The notes beneath the pieces were generated by a model. The model was not told where the DNA came from and did no database searches. It saw only the letters and a program-made list of their open reading frames with translations. 32,000 nt of DNA from Desulfocapsa sulfexigens DSM 10523 (GTDB taxonomy: Bacteria > Desulfobacterota > Desulfobulbia > Desulfobulbales > Desulfocapsaceae). The stretch covers positions 210,001 to 242,000 of the forward strand of contig NC_020304.1 in NCBI RefSeq assembly GCF_000341395.1, read 5' to 3'. Shown here one piece after another: positions 19,297 to 26,752 of the stretch. Positions within the stretch are counted from its first letter, which is position 1. The number at the start of each line of letters is the position of its first letter. The position numbers and the translations under genes are program-made.

Positions 19297-20177
19297 TTGT
19301 CTTCTTCTCCGGGAAGTGGCAGACGATCCACCCGTAACAAGTCGATCTGACGCCTGGAGGCACCGAGCACCGTAAACCGGAGTCCTTCAGCATCAACCGT
19401 ATCTCCGACCACTGCCAGACGGCCAAGGAGAAAAATCACAAAACCGCCTATGGACTCGTAATTTCCCTCGGCAGTGGTTACACCGAAATAGTCTTCAATA
19501 ACCTCAATATCTGCCTGAGCCTTCACCTGGACACTGTTTTCATTAATAACCTGCAGCAGGCTTCTTTCCACATCAGACTCATCGTCAATTTCACCAACGA
19601 TTTCTTCGAGAATATCCTCAAGTGTCACCAGACCACGCACTGCTCCAAATTCATCAGCCACCACTGCCACATGCACCTTCTGTTTTTGAAACTCACGAAG
19701 AAGATCCACGATCGGTTTATCTTCAGATATCACCCGTGGAGGATTTAAAAAATCCTCAAGTCCTTTCCCTTCATGCGCTCTGGCACACATCTGTAACAAA
19801 TTTTTAGCATGAACAATGCCCACAATATTATCAACAGTATCCCGATATATGGGAATCCTGGTAAAGCCCTTTTCAATAACCAGATCCACCAGTACGTTCA
19901 TATCGGTACCGATATCAGCACTCACAATCTCAGTCGATGGGGTCATCACCTCTCCCACCAGGGTATCATGGAAATCAAAGATGGAGTTGATCATCCGCTC
20001 TTCAAGGGAGGATATCAACCCCTGCTCTTCACCCTCTTCGAGCAATTCCTGAATTTCTTGCTCGAGATCTTCTGTCGTCTCCGGACCTCGTCCAAATCGA
20101 AGCAGGGATGTCAACCGTGCCAGCAGGGTCTTCTTTTCAGCAGGAGCGGCCGGTTCTTCTAGGTTTTCTTTTGTCAT
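19293..20177 (-). CDS. CorC/HlyC-family CBS-domain protein
   Basis: VGEVMTPSTEIVSADI, FTRIPIYRDTVDNIVGIVHAKNLL, VVADEFGAVRGLVTLEDILEEIVGEIDDE and C-terminal transporter-associated domain. 4-nt overlap with lnt. Confidence 0.92.
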   Translation of the reverse strand: MTKENLEEPAAPAEKKTLLARLTSLLRFGRGPETTEDLEQEIQELLEEGEEQGLISSLEERMINSIFDFHDTLVGEVMTPSTEIVSADIGTDMNVLVDLVIEKGFTRIPIYRDTVDNIVGIVHAKNLLQMCARAHEGKGLEDFLNPPRVISEDKPIVDLLREFQKQKVHVAVVADEFGAVRGLVTLEDILEEIVGEIDDESDVERSLLQVINENSVQVKAQADIEVIEDYFGVTTAEGNYESIGGFVIFLLGRLAVVGDTVDAEGLRFTVLGASRRQIDLLRVDRLPLPGEEDK

Positions 20178-20417
20178 GTTGGTTGAGAATAAAAGTTATT
20201 GTAATTGGAGTATCGGAATGAAGGCACTGGAAAAATAGTACCTTTTTTCTTTTCTAATTGCTACCGTATGGCTATAGTAGGCATCATTCGAGAGTGTTGC
20301 CAAAAAAAAAGATCGTTTAAATGAATTATTCGATCCTGTGAATACCCTATAAAAGCATTATGATGCAGCATGGAAGACAGTTTCCCTGTATCTAGGATTA
20401 CGATAAGAGGATAAAAA

Positions 20418-21821
20418 TTGGACGGAAAAGTTCTTATTGCAAACAGGGGCGAAATCGCCATTCGGATCATGGAGGCCTGCAAAGATCTAGACCTTGACTA
20501 CGTTGTGGTTTACACCGATGCTGACCAGGACTCCGAGCACGTTCAACGTAACAGGACCAGTGGTCCCGATCAGAATGCCTGGCGGATTAACAGCTACACG
20601 GAACCCAACGATCTCTTTGCCGTAGCCACCCATACGGGTTGTACTGCCATCCACCCTGGATACGGCTTCTTTTCAGAAGATTTTCGTTTTGCCAGACGGG
20701 CAACAATTCGTGACCACTCACTTATCTTTATTGGTCCAAGCTGGGAAGTCATCAGAAATCTTGGCGACAAAATCAACACCAAGAAAGTTGCCAACGAACT
20801 GCACATCCCCACCATTCCCGGAACCGACAGCCCTATTTACAACGAAATGGAGGCCGAGGAAATTGCTTTCCATTTACTTGAAAGCCAGAAGATACAGGAA
20901 ATCGAACGTCCTTCCATTCTCATAAAAGCTGCGGCTGGCGGCGGCGGAATGGGTATTGAAGAAGTTACGGAAATAGCCCAGTTCCGACGCATTTATCGTC
21001 AGGTACAGAATTATGCCAAACGACAGTTTGGAGATGGCGGAGTACTCATTGAGCAGTGCCTCACCGACTACAATCACCTGGAGGTGCAGCTGCTCTGTTC
21101 CCGTCACGGTGAACGTATCCACTTCGGATCCCGCAACTGTACTATCCAGTCCACCGGGCGCCAGAAACGAGTGGAGGCCGCGCCAGGCTTTCATGGATCC
21201 TGTTTTAATTACGATTTTGACGAGAAAAAAGTACTCGACATGATAGTCGAATACTCGCTCAAACTTGCCGCACATGTCCGCTACGACAATGTCGGCACCT
21301 GGGAATGGATCGTCTCCCGTTCAGGACAACCCTACCTGCTCGAAGTAAACACCAGGATTCAGGTGGAAAATGACGTCTCGGCCCGTATCAGTTATCTCGA
21401 TGACAAACATCCAAACCTGATCCGTGAACAGATCAGACTGGCTCTCGGGGAAAAGATCGGCTACAAACAGAATAGTGTGGAATTTAAAGGAGCATCCATT
21501 GAACTGCGTATCGTGGCAGAAGACACCAGACGCGGCTTTGCCCCCTGGATCGGCACCATTACTGAATTCAGCTTCCCAAAGCACGACTGGTCTGTTGTCT
21601 ACACCCATGTGCCCTTTGACCGTCCGTACACCATTCCAAGCGAGTATGATCCGAACCTTGCCCTGGCGCTCGTCTGGGGCGAAAACATGGATGAAGCGAA
21701 AAAACGTGCGGCTCGTTTTATTGATGAAGTACAAATCAAAGGAAAGGACTCCCAGGGTGGCGACATTATAACGAATCTTGACTATTTAAAAGTTAACCTG
21801 GACCGGCTGTTGACCTTCTAA
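20418..21821 (+). CDS. Biotin carboxylase-like ATP-grasp protein (divergent acetyl/acyl-CoA carboxylase BC subunit)
   Basis: KVLIANRGEIAIRI, AIHPGYGFFSE, FIGPSWEVI, KAAAGGGGMGI and LEVNTRIQVEN. TTG start with AAGAGG upstream. Confidence 0.88.
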   Translation: MDGKVLIANRGEIAIRIMEACKDLDLDYVVVYTDADQDSEHVQRNRTSGPDQNAWRINSYTEPNDLFAVATHTGCTAIHPGYGFFSEDFRFARRATIRDHSLIFIGPSWEVIRNLGDKINTKKVANELHIPTIPGTDSPIYNEMEAEEIAFHLLESQKIQEIERPSILIKAAAGGGGMGIEEVTEIAQFRRIYRQVQNYAKRQFGDGGVLIEQCLTDYNHLEVQLLCSRHGERIHFGSRNCTIQSTGRQKRVEAAPGFHGSCFNYDFDEKKVLDMIVEYSLKLAAHVRYDNVGTWEWIVSRSGQPYLLEVNTRIQVENDVSARISYLDDKHPNLIREQIRLALGEKIGYKQNSVEFKGASIELRIVAEDTRRGFAPWIGTITEFSFPKHDWSVVYTHVPFDRPYTIPSEYDPNLALALVWGENMDEAKKRAARFIDEVQIKGKDSQGGDIITNLDYLKVNLDRLLTF

Positions 21822-21849
21822 CAAATCCAACCGAAACATATATCACAAT

Positions 21850-24126
21850 ATGATAGAACTACTTAAAGCGCTCCAGAAAATTGAAGAGCGTATAAACTAC
21901 CTGATACAGATCAAAGACTTCACCAACTGGGGCAACCTTTTCGGATTCCAGGAGACCTGCACCAAACTCAAGCAGAACCCCTACGATTTTCACGAGGAGC
22001 AGTTTGCCCAGGAAATCCGTAAGCTTGACGAGTCAATCTCATTCCTGGAAGAACGGGCTGAGGAGCAGCTGACCCCCATGGAACGGGTTCGCATCGTACG
22101 AACCAAAGAACGTTTCAGCCTCAAGGATATCCTGGAAAATGTCTACGAGGACTATACGGAACTTGGCGGACAGGATGAGGCCAACATCGACCCCGCAATG
22201 GTCTGCGCCAAAGCTACCATTGTCAGGAAGATTAAAGGAAAGCCCTACACGGCAACGGTCATGGTTATTGGCCAGGAAACCGGGCACGGGGAAGAGTTTC
22301 GTAATGGTGGGTCATGCAGGCCTGAGGGGAATGAAAAAGCATTGCGCTACATGAAAGTTGCCGAGACAGAGGGTATCCCCATTCATTTTTATATCTTCAC
22401 CCCTGGCTCCTTCCCCATAGAAGAGTACCCGGGTGCGGCCCAGCAGATCGCCCGTAACATCTACACCATGACCAAGCTGCGGGTCCCGTCGGTGTCACTT
22501 ATTTCAGAAGGTGGCTCTGGTGGTGCTGAAGCCATTGGACTTTCAGACTTTCGCCTCATGTGTTCTCATGGATACTACTCAGTAATCTCCCCTGAAGGAG
22601 CTGCTGCCATTGAAGGGAGAATAAAGGAGGGAGAGAAAGTCCCCAAAGAACTGGTTGAAGTGTGTGCCGAACGCCTGAAGCTCACTGCAAAAGACAATCG
22701 ATCCATGGGGACCATTGATGCCATCGTTAAAGAACCCCCTCTTGGTGCCCGTCACGATGATTTTGCCTTTTTTGCTCAGATCCGTTCGGAGATCACCCGG
22801 GCAACGGATAAAGTTGTACTCAGTGCAAAAAGCTTCAAAGCCTTCCGCGACTGGGAGAATAGAAGAAGAAAGAAAAAAACCGAACGGAAACATCTAGCCG
22901 TTGATATCCCCTGGGACCTTAACCCGGACGAGCAGCGGAGACTGCTTGCACTGCGCTCAAAAAAATATCGGGACATGGCCCTTGCAGGTTTTAGTGGCCA
23001 TCCTGCACCCACTGAAACCTTCTTTAAGCAGTTCCAGGAAAAGAGTGAAAAGGTCTATTACAACCTGCGTTATGATGTATTAAAAAATTCCCAGAAGCAG
23101 ATCAAGAAAGCGGTTCGAGATATGTCCGGCGAAGGTTCGGTCATAATCAAGCGTCTCTCGACCCCGTTGATCACGGTAAAAGAGTTCTTCGCCAAAGAGG
23201 GAACAAAACAGGGACCACCTCTGCGCATCACCCATAATACATCCGTACCTATACAGACATCTCAGCCCATGCACGACCCGCTGGAATTGACAGATACCTA
23301 CACCAGCCCTCGAGCGAATGAGGACAGAACCGTAACCTGTCCGAACAGCGGTACCCATGGTTGCAAGGATCTCTGGATACCTGATTTGTATGGCGAATTT
23401 GGAGGTGTGTGTGAAAACTGTGGCCACCATTTTCCACTTGAATACAAATGGTACCTGCATAACATTTTTGACCCGAATTCCATCTTCTTTTTCAATATGG
23501 ATATCACCTCAGGAAACCCGTTGGGATATAAGGGTTTTGATGCACGACTGAAGGACGCCAAGAAAAAAACCGGCCGTAATGCAGGCAACATGACATTTAC
23601 TGCCAATGTGATGGATATCAAAATCGTGGTCTCCATGCTCTATCAGGATTTTCGCAGCGGCACCGTCGGTTCCGCAGAAGGAGAAAAATTTGTTCAGGCC
23701 TGTGAGCTGGCTGCAAGAAAGAAACGCCCCCTGCTCTCTTACGTTCATACCACCGGCGGTATCAGAATCCAGGAAGGTACTTTCGGAGTCACCCAGATGC
23801 CCAAATGCACCATGGCGGTTCGTGAATATATTGATGCAGGCGGACTCTACATCGTTGTCTACGATAATGACTCCTACGCAGGACCAGTTGCCAGTTTTCT
23901 CGGATGCTCACCCTACCAATTCGCCATCCGCTCCAGCCGCGTCGGATTCGCAGGGCCGCGGGTCATCAGAGAAACAACGGGAACCGACATTCCACCGGAT
24001 TACCACTCAGCCCGTAACGCCTTAAAGCGCGGTCACATTCAGGGAATATGGGATCGCAGGGACTTCCGTCGCAATCTTTACAAATCCCTTATGACCATGG
24101 GAAGCCACAACCTTTATTACAGATAA
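21850..24126 (+). CDS. Fused acetyl-CoA carboxylase carboxyltransferase: AccA-like (N) plus Zn-ribbon AccD-like (C)
   Basis: N-terminal half: VMVIGQETG, FRNGGSCRPEGNEKALRYM, SEGGSGGAEAIG and YYSVISPEGAAAI. C-terminal half: CPNSGTHGC...CENCGHHF, TTGGIRIQEG and IGFAGPRVI-like VGFAGPRVIRETT. Single uninterrupted 758-aa frame. Confidence 0.9.
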   Translation: MIELLKALQKIEERINYLIQIKDFTNWGNLFGFQETCTKLKQNPYDFHEEQFAQEIRKLDESISFLEERAEEQLTPMERVRIVRTKERFSLKDILENVYEDYTELGGQDEANIDPAMVCAKATIVRKIKGKPYTATVMVIGQETGHGEEFRNGGSCRPEGNEKALRYMKVAETEGIPIHFYIFTPGSFPIEEYPGAAQQIARNIYTMTKLRVPSVSLISEGGSGGAEAIGLSDFRLMCSHGYYSVISPEGAAAIEGRIKEGEKVPKELVEVCAERLKLTAKDNRSMGTIDAIVKEPPLGARHDDFAFFAQIRSEITRATDKVVLSAKSFKAFRDWENRRRKKKTERKHLAVDIPWDLNPDEQRRLLALRSKKYRDMALAGFSGHPAPTETFFKQFQEKSEKVYYNLRYDVLKNSQKQIKKAVRDMSGEGSVIIKRLSTPLITVKEFFAKEGTKQGPPLRITHNTSVPIQTSQPMHDPLELTDTYTSPRANEDRTVTCPNSGTHGCKDLWIPDLYGEFGGVCENCGHHFPLEYKWYLHNIFDPNSIFFFNMDITSGNPLGYKGFDARLKDAKKKTGRNAGNMTFTANVMDIKIVVSMLYQDFRSGTVGSAEGEKFVQACELAARKKRPLLSYVHTTGGIRIQEGTFGVTQMPKCTMAVREYIDAGGLYIVVYDNDSYAGPVASFLGCSPYQFAIRSSRVGFAGPRVIRETTGTDIPPDYHSARNALKRGHIQGIWDRRDFRRNLYKSLMTMGSHNLYYR

Positions 24127-24181
24127 TTTTCATACATTCACCCCCCTGTCCAACAGCTTTCCGAATAAATGGAGATAAAAA

Positions 24182-24532
24182 ATGTTTGAAGAAAAACGTC
24201 AATTCAAACGTATTGCCAGTAATGTTCGTGTAGGATTCAATAAACAGCAGGTTGACAAAGAGACGGAAGAATATTTCCAGGGGGTAGCTGAAGATTGTGG
24301 ACTCAGTGGTATGTTTCTCGCAACCGAGCATCTGATGCCCAAAGGAAGCGTGGTTTCACTCAACTTTCAGTTTATCGATGAAGAGGGAGAGCAGGTTATG
24401 ATCCAGGCCCAGGCTGTTGTTCGCTGGACTCAGCGATTTCGTAAGCCAAAGGGAATGGGGCTGGAATTTTTCGAATTCAACGGACTGGGAGACCGAAACT
24501 TTGAGGAATGTTTGAGGCTTTTGTTAAAATAA
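24182..24532 (+). CDS. PilZ-domain protein
   Basis: RQFKR (RxxxR) near the N-terminus and a CGLSGMFL (D/NxSxxG-like) motif; 116 aa; RBS GGAG. Confidence 0.78.
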   Translation: MFEEKRQFKRIASNVRVGFNKQQVDKETEEYFQGVAEDCGLSGMFLATEHLMPKGSVVSLNFQFIDEEGEQVMIQAQAVVRWTQRFRKPKGMGLEFFEFNGLGDRNFEECLRLLLK

Positions 24533-24540
24533 CCGTAACT

Positions 24541-24693
24541 GCTCAGGTGGATAGTCTGAAGTGCGCTTTTGCTTACGCAAAAGCTGGAAGGCTAAAGGTA
24601 AAAGCCTTCGGGCCCTCAGAGTCCCCACTTCGTTCCGCTTACCTGGCCCGTCTGTTTTACCTTTAGCCTTCAGTCTTCGGCCTACTTACCTGA
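24541..24693. repeat. Nested inverted-repeat (large hairpin/cruciform) element in a convergent intergenic region
   Basis: Perfect 16-nt arms AAGGCTAAAGGTAAAA / TTTTACCTTTAGCCTT, imperfect outer arms TCAGGT...CTGAAG / CTTCAG...ACCTGA, inner GGGCC/GGCCC, and a side hairpin GCTTTTGC-TTAC-GCAAAAGC. Confidence 0.8.
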
Positions 24694-24759
24694 ACAATTG
24701 CACCCCCTCCCGTACCCAATTCTCGTCCTCGATGAAGCCACCACGCCACATACCCGCCA

Positions 24760-25164
24760 TCATTCCACATTGATGGTCATCAGAGATCCATCCTTGGGAC
24801 TTTTGCAGCGTATGACAGCAGTAGCCCCCCTGCCTGGAAGAGGTGACTTATAGTTCAAAATAATATGCTGTACCCCCGGAGCAGGATTTTTAAATAACCA
24901 CTTTGCCTCATTTTTCCCCGACGAAAATTTACTGTACTCAGGACTTGCGCTCCGCACCTGGATTCCTCCAGGGATGCGCTGATTAACAATAATGGAACTC
25001 GGCGCAGGATTCTCAATAATAATCTCCAGAACACTTCTCCCAGCACTGTTCTCCAGGTACCTGGCCTGAACCCCCTCGGCCCTGACCTCAGCACTCAGAA
25101 CCAGACACACACACGACAGCAGCAAAACCCAGATATTCGGGAACCCTCTTCTATTCTTTTTCAT
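24760..25164 (-). CDS. Small secreted beta-rich protein of unknown function
   Basis: MKKNRRGFPNIWVLLLSCVCLVLSAEVRA signal peptide at 25164 with AGGAG RBS; 134 aa. The track start at 25464 overlaps the upstream gene and is not supported. Confidence 0.7.
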   Translation of the reverse strand: MKKNRRGFPNIWVLLLSCVCLVLSAEVRAEGVQARYLENSAGRSVLEIIIENPAPSSIIVNQRIPGGIQVRSASPEYSKFSSGKNEAKWLFKNPAPGVQHIILNYKSPLPGRGATAVIRCKSPKDGSLMTINVE

Positions 25165-25189
25165 ACTTTTTACTCCTGTCTCATTACCA

Positions 25190-26086
25190 TCATGGAATAA
25201 TATCAAAAGTTGACAGTTTCGCATCCCAGCGATACCCGGATCCCATCCAGATGGATTCCACTTCTTCAACATTAACGCCAAGACCTTCCACACGACCAAA
25301 ATCGTCATACACGGCGAGCAACTCTTCATCGTCAATGATGTTATTTTTATCGCTGTCAGCCCAGTGAAACTCCAGCAAACGGATGCGACTTCTGCCATCC
25401 ACAGTGATTTCCTCACGGCTCGACTGACGCACGAGAAGTGTGCCAGTGAAGGAAAGAGGCTCATTTTCTGTCTCCTCTCTGGCTACACACCGCGCTATAT
25501 AGGAAAAAACTCTTTTGCCTGGACCATCCTTATCTATCCATTTCAAAAACCCGCCATCCACCACCGTGGCCTGAGGCATGGAAGCCACAACATTGCAACC
25601 TGCCGCCAACTGCTCCTTAAAGAGCAGTGAGGAGTCTTTTCCCGATTCAAAGACAACCTCAACAACGACCGGGAAAGGATGCCCAGATACTGTATGGGCG
25701 GGCATGCGTCTCTGGGCCGAGAGTTGCAGGACATCAGCACTCCTGAAGGTAATAATAAAAAAGAGCAGGACCCCAAGCAATAGAACGTTTGCAGCTATAA
25801 ACAGCAGAGTCTTTTTACTTCTCGAGGCAGGGGAGACAGCCTCAACCTGCTCTGCCTTTTCTTCTGGAACGGCGAGAATCTCCGACAGAGAAACAGCCAG
25901 GGCATCGGCCAGTTTTATACCATTCTCCTCTTTCAGGGTAGGGGCTTCCTGACGTTCCCATCGGGAGATAGTCTCGGTGGTCACACCAACTGCGGTTGCC
26001 ACGTAGAGCTGTGTCAGGTTCTGTTCTTCACGAAGAGCGCGTACCTTAGTCCCGCTGACCTGCACCATGGCTATCCCTGATTTCAT
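25190..26086 (-). CDS. Membrane-anchored XRE-type HTH protein with extracytoplasmic domain containing an EF-hand loop
   Basis: HTH VRALREEQNLTQLYVATAVGVTTETISRWERQ; TM TLLFIAANVLLLGVLLFFIITF; C-terminal loop DSDKNNIIDDEE matching the 12-residue EF-hand pattern. Confidence 0.8.
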   Translation of the reverse strand: MKSGIAMVQVSGTKVRALREEQNLTQLYVATAVGVTTETISRWERQEAPTLKEENGIKLADALAVSLSEILAVPEEKAEQVEAVSPASRSKKTLLFIAANVLLLGVLLFFIITFRSADVLQLSAQRRMPAHTVSGHPFPVVVEVVFESGKDSSLLFKEQLAAGCNVVASMPQATVVDGGFLKWIDKDGPGKRVFSYIARCVAREETENEPLSFTGTLLVRQSSREEITVDGRSRIRLLEFHWADSDKNNIIDDEELLAVYDDFGRVEGLGVNVEEVESIWMGSGYRWDAKLSTFDIIP

Positions 26087-26248
26087 CCTTTTTCGTCCTG
26101 ACTAAGTAAATGGCAGTTTTCGTTACAATTCAAATCCAACCTACGCTATTTTCCACAGTTTACAACTTTCTTTCATATATTTCGAGGCAAAACAAGAACT
26201 CAACAGACAATGTAACACACTGATATTACGAAACCAGCCAGTCACGGA

Positions 26249-26278
26249 AACCCGACATCTCCCGATATCGGGTTTTTT
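26249..26278 (+). terminator. Rho-independent terminator/attenuator-like hairpin upstream of the 26359 gene
   Basis: 7-bp stem AACCCGA/TCGGGTT (26249-26255 / 26268-26274) immediately followed by TTTT. Confidence 0.65.
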
Positions 26279-26358
26279 ATTACCTCATTGTGACCTACAT
26301 TGAAGTCAAAGGAAAGGGCATTGAGCCCATCACAAACAATCCACCACCGGAGGAAAAC

Positions 26359-26571
26359 ATGAGAACAGTAACAGCATTGATTACAGCCCTGGCCCTCACC
26401 GTAATGATCAGCGTAACTGCACAGGCAGCCACTCTTAAATGTACGGTTGAAAAAGTTGAAGGAAATGTAATAACCATGGATTGCGGTGACAAAGCCGCAA
26501 GCCTTGCCGCAGGTACGGAGGTCAAAGTAAAAACGGCCACAACAAAGGCTGCCGCAATCGAAGGCTGCTAA
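26359..26571 (+). CDS. Small periplasmic protein (70 aa), possibly ExtJ-like
   Basis: RBS GGAGG before MRTVTALITALALTVMISVTAQA; mature ATLKCTVEKVEGNVITMDCGDKAASLAAGTEVKVKT...AAIEGC. The ExtJ resemblance is from memory only. Confidence 0.6.
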   Translation: MRTVTALITALALTVMISVTAQAATLKCTVEKVEGNVITMDCGDKAASLAAGTEVKVKTATTKAAAIEGC

Positions 26572-26585
26572 GCAGTATTACCTGG

Positions 26586-26617
26586 GGCTGGAAGCTCACA
26601 GAATTGGGTTTCCAGCC
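26586..26617 (+). terminator. Probable terminator hairpin after the 70-aa gene
   Basis: Perfect 8-bp stem GGCTGGAA/TTCCAGCC; the T-run (GTTTTTCT) lies slightly downstream. Confidence 0.45.
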
Positions 26618-26752
26618 TCTGACGGAGTTTTTCTCTTCATAAAAACACTCGTTAATTATGGCTTAGCGTAGAAAAGAGTGGTAGCACATCTGTTTTCCTG
26701 ATAGGGTCTTTCCTTTTTTCACCAAAGACAATTGAAAGAACAAGGAGTTCAG

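Noticed and set aside
18770-19426. 218-aa minus-strand ORF
   Set aside because: Alternative frame over lnt and corC; Trp/Cys/Ser-rich low-plausibility sequence.
20261-20482. 73-aa minus-strand ORF
   Set aside because: Overlaps the 5' end of the biotin carboxylase gene antisense and the divergent promoter gap; no features.
24561-24773. 70-aa plus-strand ORF across the inverted-repeat element
   Set aside because: It spans the palindromic arms and looks like noncoding translation; no RBS or family signature.
24760-25464. Long 234-aa version of the small secreted protein
   Set aside because: The first 100 residues overlap the XRE/TM gene in another frame; a signal peptide and RBS support the start at 25164.
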